Positions 49,601 through 58,733 of a stretch of 64,000 bases of DNA are shown piece by piece (position 1 is the stretch's first letter; every line of letters starts with the position of its first letter). Location of the stretch: the NCBI GenBank assembly GCA_900617105.1, contig UYFQ01000006.1:682001-746000 (forward strand), in the 5' to 3' direction. Source of the DNA: Hydrurus foetidus. Taxonomy: Eukaryota. The notes beneath the pieces were generated by a model that saw nothing but the letters and a program-made list of their open reading frames with translations, did not search any database and was not told the origin of the DNA. Both the position numbers and the translations under genes were made by a program.

Positions 49601-51055
49601 TCGGGGGACGGTGCCGACCGTTGGCAATGGCCCGCCACGGCCCCGGTGCGCGGCAAAGTCAGTGCCCAGTTGCCGCAAATTGGCGTGTGGTCGCTCCTGG
49701 CCCCACCCGGTTGGCGCATGAAGGGCACGCTGGCCGCGCAGGCCACGCTCAGCGGTACCCAGGCCGTGCCGCAGTGGGCCGGTCAGGTGCAAGCCGATCA
49801 ACTGGCGCTGCGTTCGGTGGTGGACGGCATTGAATTCGTCAACGGCCAGCTGCGGGCCAATTTGGACGGCGACAAAGTGGTGATCGAGCGCTTTGCCTTG
49901 GAAGGCGCGGGCGGCGCCAAGACCGGCGGCCGGTTGGACGCCAGCGGCTCCGCGCAGTGGGCTGTGGAGGCCGTGGCCGCTGTACAGGTGCCAGCGGCAT
50001 CGTCATCAGCCAAATCCGCTCAGCCCCATCAACCGATTAAACCCAAGCGTGTCCCCCGCATCGACATGCAAGTCACCCTGGACAAACTGCGCGTCTCTAA
50101 CCGTGTAGACCGCCGCCTCGTCGTCTCAGGCCAAGTGCAGGCGCAGCTCGCCGGGGCGCGGCTCAAGCTGCGGGGCGCTTTGAAAGCCAACCAAGCCGCT
50201 TTCTCCCTGAGCGACGAACTCACGCCCCGCCTGGGTGACGATGTGGTGGTGCGGGGCTCAAAAGGCACCGTCAGCAGCATCAACAACACCGGTAGCACCA
50301 CCACCACCAGCCCCAGCGAGCCGGGCACCCGCGTCATCCCCGATGTGCTGCTCGACCTTGATCTGGGTGACAACTTCGCCGTTGAAGGCAGCGGCCTCAA
50401 AGCCCGCCTCCAAGGCACGCTGCAAGTGCGCAGCACCCCCGAGCAGCCCGTGCCGCGTCTGCTGGGCGAGGTGCGCACCACCAGTGGCAGCTACCGCGCT
50501 TACGGTGTCAACCTCACGCTGGAAACCGGTCTGCTGCGCTTTGCCGGGCCGTATGACAACCCCACGCTGGACATCCTCGCCATCCGCCCCAACACCACCC
50601 AGCGCGTAGGCGTGCAAGTCACCGGCACGGCGTTGGCCCCCATCCTGCGCCTGTATGCGGAGCCTGAACTGCCTGATACCGAAAAACTCTCATGGCTGGT
50701 GCTGGGCCGCTCTGCCGCCGGGCCGGGGGGCGAAGCGGCCATCTTGCAGCAAGCCGCCATGTCGCTGTTAGGCCGCCCTGGCAACAAAATGGACGGTGGC
50801 ATTGCCGGTGCGCTGGGGCTGGACGAAGTCTCGTACCGCAGCGGCGGCGTGGCCTCTGACGGCACCGTGACCAGCGCGGCGGTGAGTGTTGGCAAGCGCT
50901 TGTCGAGCAAGCTCTACGTGGTGTACGGGCAGAGCCTGACCAGCTCGGTGGGCACGGTGTCGATCTTGTACGAACTTTCGAAGCGCTTGACGGTGCGGGC
51001 CAAGGCAGGGGAAGACAACGCGCTGGAGCTGGTGTTCACGCAGCGGTATGACTGA
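46649..51055 (+). CDS. tamB: Translocation and assembly module subunit TamB
   Basis: N-terminal TM, long beta-rich body, C-terminal G.YRAYG..L, DNPTLDILA.R, LSWLVLGR, GKRLS; true start probably near 46757. Confidence 0.88.
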   Translation: MRALLHSCADAVTPRCEYGVRCGYHAQFNRSDTHLPVTSDDSPSPPVRIPSPPLLRKLVLALVGTVVMLAVIVACVLGGAWWWSGTEGSLAQTLQSLAPHGVLNRLATQAGIPLGQLSVRDVTGSLRSGGQIGALEWQQQPGAASGASLAGQGLQLQWNTPALLQGRVQLDTFTAQHLTVTLPPSTEPTTPPQAVLLPLPVSVNFKVVQLDVAGATPVQLSGVQGHYDYDSEPSTSDKLKPGFWHQLTLDSVTLAQGQYRLKADVQALAPMAVQATLAGRVRSVVPGGVALTVLADAQVNGTLAGALAAVDVKAQIHRERREGEDKTPPMLDATARIQPWAQQPVRTARLAVAQLNVADFWPQAPATRLSGTVQADPVESSTANTVANTATNKAGSTDWAATLALTNALPGPWDRQRLPVQSLKAKVQAHAEVQGTRWVVSALQAKVGDGELQGAGQWQAAAVAVAVAVEGRAAANGAVAEPWTGNISFTRINPAALSSAMAPARLDGAVTAKQQGAGGSATAFDVKLKSSVGQGAVPPSLQGLRLGDAHAAGLWVGDSVRLSDFSVQAAHATVQAKGELRIAARSFTGELNGTFPGGRAAFKGLLKPDVLTAFASAPSSALPDTQLNLNLAQVDVTWGWLQSLPQVPQRLAAIRPDLPQWAARGQADVALDWQGKTRSVNASVSVPSLTLQAPAAAANPSPEPIKLSALQLSAQGPLSAIAVQIGGVAEQAPYKVQLDSRAALNLATTGGTVDISRLSLRLQDSARSLAGALQHEAATPLPNSVLNPLQLRWKDGTVEALPGQLRLVPQDQGGNTAPRLLPSEKPVTLAWDQLLWDAQGLRTQGRLSQLPLTWVDWLAGPKAQPLADMGLSGQLWFDGDWDVFWPRDTRTPVRVSAGVQRQRGNLSVLLDEGNISAATNAAGQTGAKPVDVGLREASLRVMTVPEASSATRTALQARLRWNTERAGVVDAEASTVLQAGKGDVSGDGADRWQWPATAPVRGKVSAQLPQIGVWSLLAPPGWRMKGTLAAQATLSGTQAVPQWAGQVQADQLALRSVVDGIEFVNGQLRANLDGDKVVIERFALEGAGGAKTGGRLDASGSAQWAVEAVAAVQVPAASSSAKSAQPHQPIKPKRVPRIDMQVTLDKLRVSNRVDRRLVVSGQVQAQLAGARLKLRGALKANQAAFSLSDELTPRLGDDVVVRGSKGTVSSINNTGSTTTTSPSEPGTRVIPDVLLDLDLGDNFAVEGSGLKARLQGTLQVRSTPEQPVPRLLGEVRTTSGSYRAYGVNLTLETGLLRFAGPYDNPTLDILAIRPNTTQRVGVQVTGTALAPILRLYAEPELPDTEKLSWLVLGRSAAGPGGEAAILQQAAMSLLGRPGNKMDGGIAGALGLDEVSYRSGGVASDGTVTSAAVSVGKRLSSKLYVVYGQSLTSSVGTVSILYELSKRLTVRAKAGEDNALELVFTQRYD
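47325..47341. repeat. Dispersed 17-bp element inside tamB
   Basis: ACTATGATTACGATAGC with tail ...GCTAAAACCGGGTTTTTGGC. Confidence 0.5.
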
Positions 51056-51478
51056 GGGCATTGCTGCGCAGGGCTTGTACCAGCGGCAAGGCGGCATCAA
51101 AGTCAAAGTCTTGCAGCAACTGGTGCAACTTGTTGGCCTGGGCCGCGCAAGGGGTGGCTTTGCACAGCGCACGCACTTGCTCGCCCAGGTCGGCGGCGAC
51201 GGCATCACAGTCTGTGATCAGCGCTTCAAGTTGGTTCAGCATGGGGTGAATGTCTGCGGACAAGGGCGTGTTCAGGGCCGGCTGTTGTGGGGCTGTGCTG
51301 ACCCGCTGCAGCGTGGTGTCGTTGCCCTGATGCGGTTCGGCAGGTGGTGCGTGCGCTTGAGAGGTGAGCTCAGTGGGGGTGACCTGTTCGCACGTCACGC
51401 TGAAGTGAAAAGTCGCCCCTTGGCCCGCCACACTTTCGACCCAAATGCGCCCGCCCATGGCTTCTACCAGGGCTTTGG

Positions 51479-51509
<31 letters not shown>

Positions 51510-53384
51510 CTTCCGGGTGGTGGAGGTGTCGGCCTGGCTGAACGATTGGAACAACTTGGCTTGCTGTTCTGTGCTGATGCCGATGCCTTCGTCCTTCACC
51601 CAAAAGTGCAGCTCTACTGGGGAGTCAGGCTGGGTGGCTTGCGGTACGGCACGCACACCCACCACGATCTGGCCCTCGGCGGCGAACTTGATGGCGTTGT
51701 TGCTCAAATTCAGCAGCACCTGCCCCAGGCGCAAGGGATCTCCGCGCAGCAGGTGGGGCAAGGGCGCGGTGGTGGTTGAGGTGGTATCGGGCACGTCAAA
51801 GACCAGCTGTATTCCTTTTTCTTCGGTTTTGAACGCGATCAGGTTGCGTAACTGTGTCAGCACAAGGTTCACCTCAAAAGGGATGTGCTCCACCGTCAGG
51901 TGACCGGCTTCAATTTTCGAAAAATCCAAAATATCGTTGATGATGTGCAGCAGGTTTTTGGCTGCCCGATGGGCTTTTTCGATGTGGCTGCGAGGTTGTG
52001 CGTCCAAGGGGCAGTCCAGCGCCAAGTGCGACATGCCGATGATGGCGTTCATCGGGGTGCGAATTTCGTGGCTCATGTTGGCTAAAAAATGGCTTTTTGC
52101 ACGCGTAGCCTCCTCCGCTTTGTCCTTTGCCTCGGCCATGGCGCGTTCCGTGGCCCGGATGGAAGTGACATCTACCGCCCAACCCAAGATGGCATCTGCG
52201 CCCTCGTAGGTGTGCTTGATCGCCGTGAACAAGGCATCGCGCGGTTGGTTGTTCAGGTCGAGAAACTGCACGGGGTGGTTCATCAGCGTTGATTGGGTGT
52301 CGAGCAGCGCGATCATTTTGTGGCGCTCTTCGGGGTCCACAAAGCGGCTCAGTGCGGTTTTACCGACATCCATGCCTGCCAGTTCAACCATGCGCGGATT
52401 TGCATAGCGCAGGATGCCTTGCACGCTGATGCCCACGCCCACAGGGGCCAAATCCAGAATATGCTGCAAACGCGCGCGCTCGGTCTCTAGCGTGGCGGTG
52501 GCCGTGTTGACGCGCTGGGTGATGACCTCGTGCGCCCGCAGTTGCCACTGCAACACCAACGCCAGCAGCACGGACACCACCACCCCGGCTGCCAGCGTTA
52601 TCCACGCTGTCGTGTGGCGGGCATCGGGGTGGAACTGTTCGGTGACATGCCACGTCAGGTTAAACACCGAACCTGATACGGCAATTTTGCTGTTGAACGC
52701 AATGGCCTGTGGGCCTGCGACAGTGCGTGTGAAAAGCAGGTCTTGGCCCGAGCCGTCGCGCCGTTCGGTGGCCATGTCCAAGTAAATGCCCTCTGGCGCG
52801 CGGTTTTTCAGTAACACCGCCACCAGATTCTCAAGTTCCAATACCCCCGCCACAAATTCGTGAGGTGCGGCGGCCGGGGCCATGACAAGATACACCGTAG
52901 AGCGGTCTTGCAGGTCAGGTTCTGACATGACCCACTCGTTACGGCGCTGTGACGCGACTTCCAAGGCTTGGCGCAACCGGGCATCTTTGACCAAGTGCTT
53001 GGTGTTGGGCAGTTTGGCATCGTCTGTGCTGCTGGAGCTGGCACGCAGCGTCCATTGTGTATTGGACTGGTGAAACAAGCCCACTTCGGTTAAAAAAACT
53101 GCTGTGGAACGCGATGCCATGCTGTCCAGTGCATTTAAAAAATCAGCTTTAGACAGCTCAGGTTCGCGCTCCACCATAGCCGCTATCGCTGAGAGCGGGG
53201 CGTTTGCCGATTCCATCCAGCTGTGCAGCGTTTGGGTGAGCTGCACCGTTTCGGCACGCGCCTGTGTTTCCCATTGCGTCTTTTCCGCTTGCCACAGTTG
53301 CCGGGCCAGCCAGCCTGTCACCGACAAACAAAAAAGGAGCAAAGAGAGCACAGCCATCCTGCGATGCCAGACTTTCAGAGACAT
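51036..53384 (-). CDS. Membrane sensor histidine kinase (periplasmic domain, PAS, HisKA, HATPase)
   Basis: [41 protein letters not shown]; no receiver domain visible. Confidence 0.92.
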
Positions 53385-53460
53385 AAAACGAGGTGCTGCC
53401 AGGGATGAAGGTGGGTGGTGCGTGAGGGCGTAGCGCTACGGCGTGGCGTTACAACACGGG

Positions 53461-54621
53461 CTACTGGTTCACGCTGAAGACCGAGCGAAACCCATCGGGT
53501 GCCAAGCTTTCGCGCATGTCTATGCTTTTGATGTTGTTGCGGTCGATCAGCATGGGTTGCGCATTCACATGTCGCAGATACGGTTTCTTTTCCAAGGCCC
53601 GCACCGCTAAATCCACCGCCAAACGCGATTGCAAGGTGGGGACATCGGTGGGTGCCGCCTGCACATTGCCACGCAAAATTTCCCGTGCAACCGTGGGGCC
53701 AAAGTAGTACGACACCACCTTGACTTTGCCTTCTAATCCCCGGCGGCGCAGCTCTTGCACCGCTGCCTCGGCGCTGACGGCGGTGCCCACGAGGTAGGTA
53801 ACATCAGGGTGGCTGTCCAGCACCGCTTTGACCAGCTCCAATTGCTTGGCCATGCCGGTGTCACCCCACAGGGTTTGCACAATGTTGGCCTTGTCGCCCA
53901 GGGTTTTGCGAAACCCGGCATCGCCCGCATCTGACCAGCCCGCGCCCTGTGGCCCCGGCAGCCACGCCACCTTGGGTTTGCGGCCTGCCGCATCCTTCAG
54001 CAGCCACTCACCCGTGAGGCGGCCCAGTTCAAAGAAATCGGCGGCAGCGCGTGCGGTCAGGTCGGGGGCATCCATGCCGTTGATGAGGTCGATCACCGGG
54101 CGGCCTTCAGCCACATTGCGCGTTACCAAGTCCTTTAATCCTTCAGCGGAGATGGCACCCACAATAAGCGCTTGCGCGCCTTCTTTGCCGCAATCGTCAA
54201 TCTGCTTGCGCTGCACGGCCAAGTTTTCATAGCCCCCCGCTTCTTTGATGGTCAACGCCACGCCCAAGCGCGTGGCCTCGTCAATCAGGCCATAGTTCAC
54301 GGCCAGCCAATAGGGGTCTTTGAGGTGCGGAATCACCACACACAAACGCCACTTTTGCGCGGCTTTGGGCAGGCCTTGGTAAGGCTGAACGCTGTGCTTT
54401 TGAATTTTGTTAAAAGGTGGATCCCACACATCGACTTTGATGGAAAACGCCTCAGCAGCCCATGCCCCGGTGTACAAACTGGCGCCGAGGCAAACCGCCC
54501 CTGCGGCCCTGGCCATCCTGTGGGGTAAGCCAACGCCAACCCGGTGGGGCGTGATGTCAGAATGTGCGGTGTGCATACAGTTCCAGTCAAGGTGTGTGAA
54601 GCCCAAATGCATTGACATCAT
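53461..54621 (-). CDS. torT: TorT-like periplasmic binding protein
   Basis: WRLCVVIPHLKDPYWLAVNYG, EAGGY, PGP.GAGWS, SLAPDGFR.VF; start uncertain (54621 or 54576). Confidence 0.75.
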   Translation of the reverse strand: MMSMHLGFTHLDWNCMHTAHSDITPHRVGVGLPHRMARAAGAVCLGASLYTGAWAAEAFSIKVDVWDPPFNKIQKHSVQPYQGLPKAAQKWRLCVVIPHLKDPYWLAVNYGLIDEATRLGVALTIKEAGGYENLAVQRKQIDDCGKEGAQALIVGAISAEGLKDLVTRNVAEGRPVIDLINGMDAPDLTARAAADFFELGRLTGEWLLKDAAGRKPKVAWLPGPQGAGWSDAGDAGFRKTLGDKANIVQTLWGDTGMAKQLELVKAVLDSHPDVTYLVGTAVSAEAAVQELRRRGLEGKVKVVSYYFGPTVAREILRGNVQAAPTDVPTLQSRLAVDLAVRALEKKPYLRHVNAQPMLIDRNNIKSIDMRESLAPDGFRSVFSVNQ

Positions 54622-54759
54622 CCCAGAAGCCCCCTTGCGCGGTTTGAGCGTGGATCCAATGGCACAACGTACAGCGGGTTATTGCGCTAACGCTGTTGTC
54701 AACACCTGCCAACGGCATACGCTTATTCTCTCCATGCCTTCGCCACACTGCCCCGCCCC

Positions 54760-55167
54760 ATGTCCACCAGCCCCATCCAAACCGACCCTGTCATCCTCAA
54801 ACTGCTGGACAAAGTGCCCTCAGATATGCGCAAAAGCTTCAGCGACGAGCAGCTGTTGGCCCTCAAAATCGCCGTCGGTGGCCGTACCTGGGGTACCCAT
54901 GTGGTGGACTTTCGCTGGACGCTGAAGTGGTGGCGCTGGCATTACTACTTCGTGTTTCTTACCGGGCGTAACCGCCGTAACCTGAGTTCACGTGAGCGAA
55001 AAATCGAGTTGCTCAGCGGTGCGTTGGTGCTGGCCGTGTTTTTGAGCATCTCCACAGTTTTTGGGATTTTTGTGCTCTACATCCTCAAGTCTGCCCTGGG
55101 GATTGATTTGATCCCCAGCTTTTCATTTGGCGTGTGGGGGTGGTTTCAGGAGACGTATTTACAGTGA
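54760..55167 (+). CDS. Conserved hypothetical membrane protein
   Basis: SFSDEQL.ALK..WG.H.VDFR, YYFVFL.GR.RR, C-terminal TM and KSALGIDL. Confidence 0.7.
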   Translation: MSTSPIQTDPVILKLLDKVPSDMRKSFSDEQLLALKIAVGGRTWGTHVVDFRWTLKWWRWHYYFVFLTGRNRRNLSSRERKIELLSGALVLAVFLSISTVFGIFVLYILKSALGIDLIPSFSFGVWGWFQETYLQ

Positions 55168-56439
55168 GGGGGGCTGAAGCCGTTCGGCTGCGGGTTCGAG
55201 CACAACCTGCGTTACCAACTTCGCTCGCCTGGGTGTTGCTGCCCCTGCCAGCACAAAGCCCCGCAGCATGCCTGCGCCATCCATCCAATGCCATTCACCC
55301 AGTCCGGTTGCGGTTTCCATCGTCACCCATCCTCCTGATGTACCCGGCGCAGGTGGGGCCACTACCAGCGGCAGTGCCGGGGTTTTCACGGCTACGGGCA
55401 TCAGCGGAAATTTGACTTCGGTGGGATGGCCCGACAGCGTTGCCGCCAGCGCTTTTGCCGCGTTCATGATGGGCATCACGTAGGGCAGGGTGCGGCCTTC
55501 TTTGCCGCCGTATTGTGCGGAATCACCCAAAGCGTAGACGTGGGGTGTTGAGGTGCGCAGGTATACGTCCACCACGATGCCCCGTCCACAGACCAGTCCG
55601 GCGGTTTGGGCCAGTGTGGTGTTTGCACGCAAACCGACGGCGCTCAGCACCACGTCGGCAGGCAGTTGCTCTCCGTCCGACAAGGTGGCGAGCAAGGCGG
55701 GTTGCGTCCGTTCTGCGCTGGGGGCGCTGTCCACGCGGGTCACCGAGCTGCCCAAGCGCCATTGCACGGCGCAGGCTTGGTCGCCTGACAACGCTGCCTG
55801 CAACTGTGCACTGGCTTCGGGGGGGAGCAGTGCGGCCAGCGCACGGGGGCTGGGGTCTACCACGGTGACGCGGTGACCTGCACTGGCCAAATCGTTTGCG
55901 AACTCGCAGCCGATCAAACCCGCACCCATGATGAGCACCTGTTTGGACGCTAGCGTGGGTTGATATTTGCTATTGTTTTCATTGCTTTCGAGGGCTGCCA
56001 GTTGTGCGAAGAATGCAGAAAAGTCATTCAAACTGTTCACCGACACCACTTGGGTTGCCGCTGTGCCTTGCAGAGGTAAGCGGATCGGCTGTGCGCCGGT
56101 GGCCAGCACCAAGTCACGGTAGGGTTGGTCGCCGTTGGCGGTGTGCACCACCTGTAACGCGGTGTCAATGGCCAGCACCTGCGTGTGGGCCAAAAGCGTG
56201 ATCTTCAGCGTTTCTGCCATCTTCGCTGCCGCTGTTGTTACCAATTGCGCAGGTGTGCGGCCTTGAGCGAGGGCATTAGAGAGGCTGGGTTTGGCGTAAA
56301 AGTCAGCACTGTCTGCGGTGATGAGCAGCACCGGTGTGGCCGCGTCGAGCTTGCGGAACTCGCGCACCGTTGTCCAGCCTGCCAGGCCGGCACCGATCAC
56401 GACCACGGGATGTTGAGGGGACGTTAGTGTTGTGGTCAT
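55159..56439 (-). CDS. Rubredoxin-NAD(+) reductase (RubB/AlkT-like)
   Basis: IGAGLAG, FYAKPSLSN, GAGLIGCEFANDL, LPYVMPIM, PVAVKTP. Confidence 0.9.
   Translation of the reverse strand: MTTTLTSPQHPVVVIGAGLAGWTTVREFRKLDAATPVLLITADSADFYAKPSLSNALAQGRTPAQLVTTAAAKMAETLKITLLAHTQVLAIDTALQVVHTANGDQPYRDLVLATGAQPIRLPLQGTAATQVVSVNSLNDFSAFFAQLAALESNENNSKYQPTLASKQVLIMGAGLIGCEFANDLASAGHRVTVVDPSPRALAALLPPEASAQLQAALSGDQACAVQWRLGSSVTRVDSAPSAERTQPALLATLSDGEQLPADVVLSAVGLRANTTLAQTAGLVCGRGIVVDVYLRTSTPHVYALGDSAQYGGKEGRTLPYVMPIMNAAKALAATLSGHPTEVKFPLMPVAVKTPALPLVVAPPAPGTSGGWVTMETATGLGEWHWMDGAGMLRGFVLAGAATPRRAKLVTQVVLEPAAERLQPPSL
55969..55985. repeat. Dispersed 17-bp element inside the rubredoxin reductase gene
   Basis: GCTATTGTTTTCATTGC; encodes the SNENNS loop before the NAD-binding GAG. 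Confidence 0.55.
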
Positions 56440-56464
56440 GTCGTACTCGGATTTATGTTCAAGC

Positions 56465-56629
56465 TTAGATTTCAACCACTTCAAAGTCTGCCTTGGCCAC
56501 GCCACACTCGGGGCAGGCCCAGCTTTCGGGCACGTCAGTCCAGGCTGTGCCGGGCTTCAAACCGTCTTCAGGGCGGCCAGCGGCCTCGTCGTACACAAAG
56601 CCACAAACGATGCAGAGGTAGGTTTTCAT
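56465..56629 (-). CDS. Rubredoxin (54 aa, absent from the ORF track)
   Basis: Hand translation [54 protein letters not shown]. Confidence 0.95.
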   Translation of the reverse strand: MKTYLCIVCGFVYDEAAGRPEDGLKPGTAWTDVPESWACPECGVAKADFEVVEI

Positions 56630-56694
56630 GGGGATACTTTCTGAAAAATGAAATGAAAGAGTGAAAAAGGGTAGTCGGGATTGGAGACGCGTTC

Positions 56695-57177
56695 TTACGC
56701 GGTGATTTTGGCGAGGTGAGCCTTGTAATGGTTGGCGTGGCGTTCTTCCACTTTGGCAAGGGCGGCGAAGCGCTTTTGGGCCTTCTCCAGGGTTGCCTTG
56801 AATTGCGCTGCATGGACTTTGGATTCTTCGATCTGCTCGTTCATCTCCGTCACGGCTGCGGCATTGCCTTCTTCCTCGGCGGTCTTGCGAAAGCCAGGGT
56901 ACATCTCGGTGTACTCGTAAGTTTCACCATCGATGGCAATTTGCAAGGCTTTGGCGGGTGTCATCGTTGCCTTGGGGTAAAGCAAGTCGAGGTGACCGAA
57001 GGCGTGCATGACTTCTTGGTCAGCGGTGGCCTCGAAGGTGCGGGCGGTGTCTTCGTCTCCCATCTCACGCGCCAATTTGGCGAAGTAACGGTACTTGATG
57101 TGCGCCATGGATTCGCCAGCAAAGGCAGATTCGAGGTTGGCGATGGTTTTGATTTCGGGGCGTTGCAGTTGGCTCAT
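56695..57177 (-). CDS. Short rubrerythrin (di-iron domain only)
   Basis: [30 protein letters not shown]; no CxxC domain. Confidence 0.9.
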   Translation of the reverse strand: MSQLQRPEIKTIANLESAFAGESMAHIKYRYFAKLAREMGDEDTARTFEATADQEVMHAFGHLDLLYPKATMTPAKALQIAIDGETYEYTEMYPGFRKTAEEEGNAAAVTEMNEQIEESKVHAAQFKATLEKAQKRFAALAKVEERHANHYKAHLAKITA

Positions 57178-57234
57178 CGTGGGCTCCTGGGGTGGTGGAT
57201 AAATTAAGGTTTTCAATCGGTATGGGTTGAATGG

Positions 57235-57295
57235 TAGTGATTAACTATATATTGAGCCAATTGAAATTCGCTAAGGGATTGATAGTGGCTATTGC
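57235..57295 (-). promoter_or_regulatory. Possible LysR/OxyR-type site upstream of rubrerythrin
   Basis: Minus strand ATAG-N7-CAAT and TTAG-N7-CAAT-N7-ATAT; imperfect. Confidence 0.3.
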
Positions 57296-57349
57296 CCGTT
57301 TGCAAATCAGGGAAAATCGCGGTTTTTCCCTGTTAACGATTGCCCTCCC

Positions 57350-57619
57350 ATGACCGAACCCGTCCAGCGCCCCGCTTTGCCCGATCATTTGTCGGTTGAC
57401 CCCCGCAGTCCCCACCACGTCGCCGCCGTTTTTGAGCACGACATTGGCATCCGCCTGAACGACGTTGAGCGCCAGGATGTCGAGGAATACTGCATCAGTG
57501 AAGGCTGGGTGAAAGTCCCCGCAGGCAAGGCCCGCGACCGTAAGGGCAAACCATTGCTCATCAAGATCAAAGGCCGGGTGGAAGCGTTTTACGCGGCCCC
57601 AGCAACCTCATCACTTTGA
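57350..57619 (+). CDS. DUF3297-family small protein
   Basis: LPDHLSVDPRSPH, DVEEYCISEGWV, DRKG.PL.IK.KG.VE. Confidence 0.8.
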   Translation: MTEPVQRPALPDHLSVDPRSPHHVAAVFEHDIGIRLNDVERQDVEEYCISEGWVKVPAGKARDRKGKPLLIKIKGRVEAFYAAPATSSL

Positions 57620-57627
57620 CGGCACCG

Positions 57628-58590
57628 CTACTTTGGCCTTCGGAGTAGATCCGCCAATGCCCCCTGCAACGTAGGCTGCTGGAACACAAAGCCCTGGGCG
57701 ATCAGCCGCGCGGGCACCACCCGTTGACCGTCCACGAACAACTGCGCCATCTCGCCCAGCGGCCAACGCAGCAGGGCGGCGGGCAGGTGCAGCCACACCG
57801 GGCGGTGCAGCAGGGTACCGACGGTGCGTGCAAATTCGCCTTGGCTGACAGCTTCGGGCGCTACGGTGTTGTAGATGCCGGTCATGCGGGCATCCTTTAA
57901 ACCTTGGGCGATGGCCCCCAGCACGTCGTCCAGATGCACCCAGCTCATCACTTGTCGCCCGTCGCCCATGCGCCCACCCAGGCCGAAGCGGTGCGGCATC
58001 ACCAGCGGCGGTAGCGCCCCTTGCGAGCCGAACACCACGCCCAGGCGCAGCGTGACTTGCCGCACGCCAAAGGTGCTGGCCTGTGCCGCAGCGGCTTCCC
58101 ACTGCACGCACAGCTCGCTCATGAAGCCGCCACCGCGCGTGCTGTCCTCGGTCAACCGTTCTTCCGGTGGCCGCACGCCGTAGTAGCCGATCGCCGAAGC
58201 TTGAATCCACGTCGCCGGTTTGACGGTGGTGCGGGCCAGCCATGCCAGCAGACCCTGCGTCACGCCGACGCGGCTGGCGAGCAAGGTGGCTTGGCGGCGT
58301 GCCGTCCAGCGCGGGCCGACGACGGGGGCTCCGGCCAAGTTGATGACGGCATCAAAGTGTTCATCAGCATGCAGTTGTTCCAGCGACGTCACGCAGCGCA
58401 CCCGGCCTTGGAATTGGGTGGCCGCTTTCAGCGGGTCGCGCACCCACAGGGTGACGCTGTGGCCGCCCGCTAGCAGTTGTGTGACCAGCGCTTGCCCGAT
58501 GAAGCCCGTGCCGCCGGTGATGAGGATGGTTTGTGCGGCAAGGGGCGGTTTTCCGGCCTCGCTTGGGTTGAAATGCGGTGACGGGGCCAT
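57628..58590 (-). CDS. TIGR01777/YfcH-like NAD-dependent epimerase
   Basis: ITGGTGFIG, NLAGA, ASAIGYYG, C..WE, GLGG..GDG.Q.MSW.H. Confidence 0.9.
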   Translation of the reverse strand: MAPSPHFNPSEAGKPPLAAQTILITGGTGFIGQALVTQLLAGGHSVTLWVRDPLKAATQFQGRVRCVTSLEQLHADEHFDAVINLAGAPVVGPRWTARRQATLLASRVGVTQGLLAWLARTTVKPATWIQASAIGYYGVRPPEERLTEDSTRGGGFMSELCVQWEAAAAQASTFGVRQVTLRLGVVFGSQGALPPLVMPHRFGLGGRMGDGRQVMSWVHLDDVLGAIAQGLKDARMTGIYNTVAPEAVSQGEFARTVGTLLHRPVWLHLPAALLRWPLGEMAQLFVDGQRVVPARLIAQGFVFQQPTLQGALADLLRRPK

Positions 58591-58733
58591 TGAAGTTCCT
58601 TTTATGTCGGTGGTGTCTGCAATATAGGGTTAAAACGGGTTTCGGGTGGTGCACTGGGTGGCGATTTGAAAGGCCAGACACCGTGTGGTCCAAGAGGCTT
58701 CCATAATCAGGCTGCCCCAAGCCCTGCACGCCA

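Noticed and set aside
54760..55167. Possible aroA label, which I recall being attached to this small protein family
   Set aside because: 135 aa with a TM segment and no EPSP synthase motifs.
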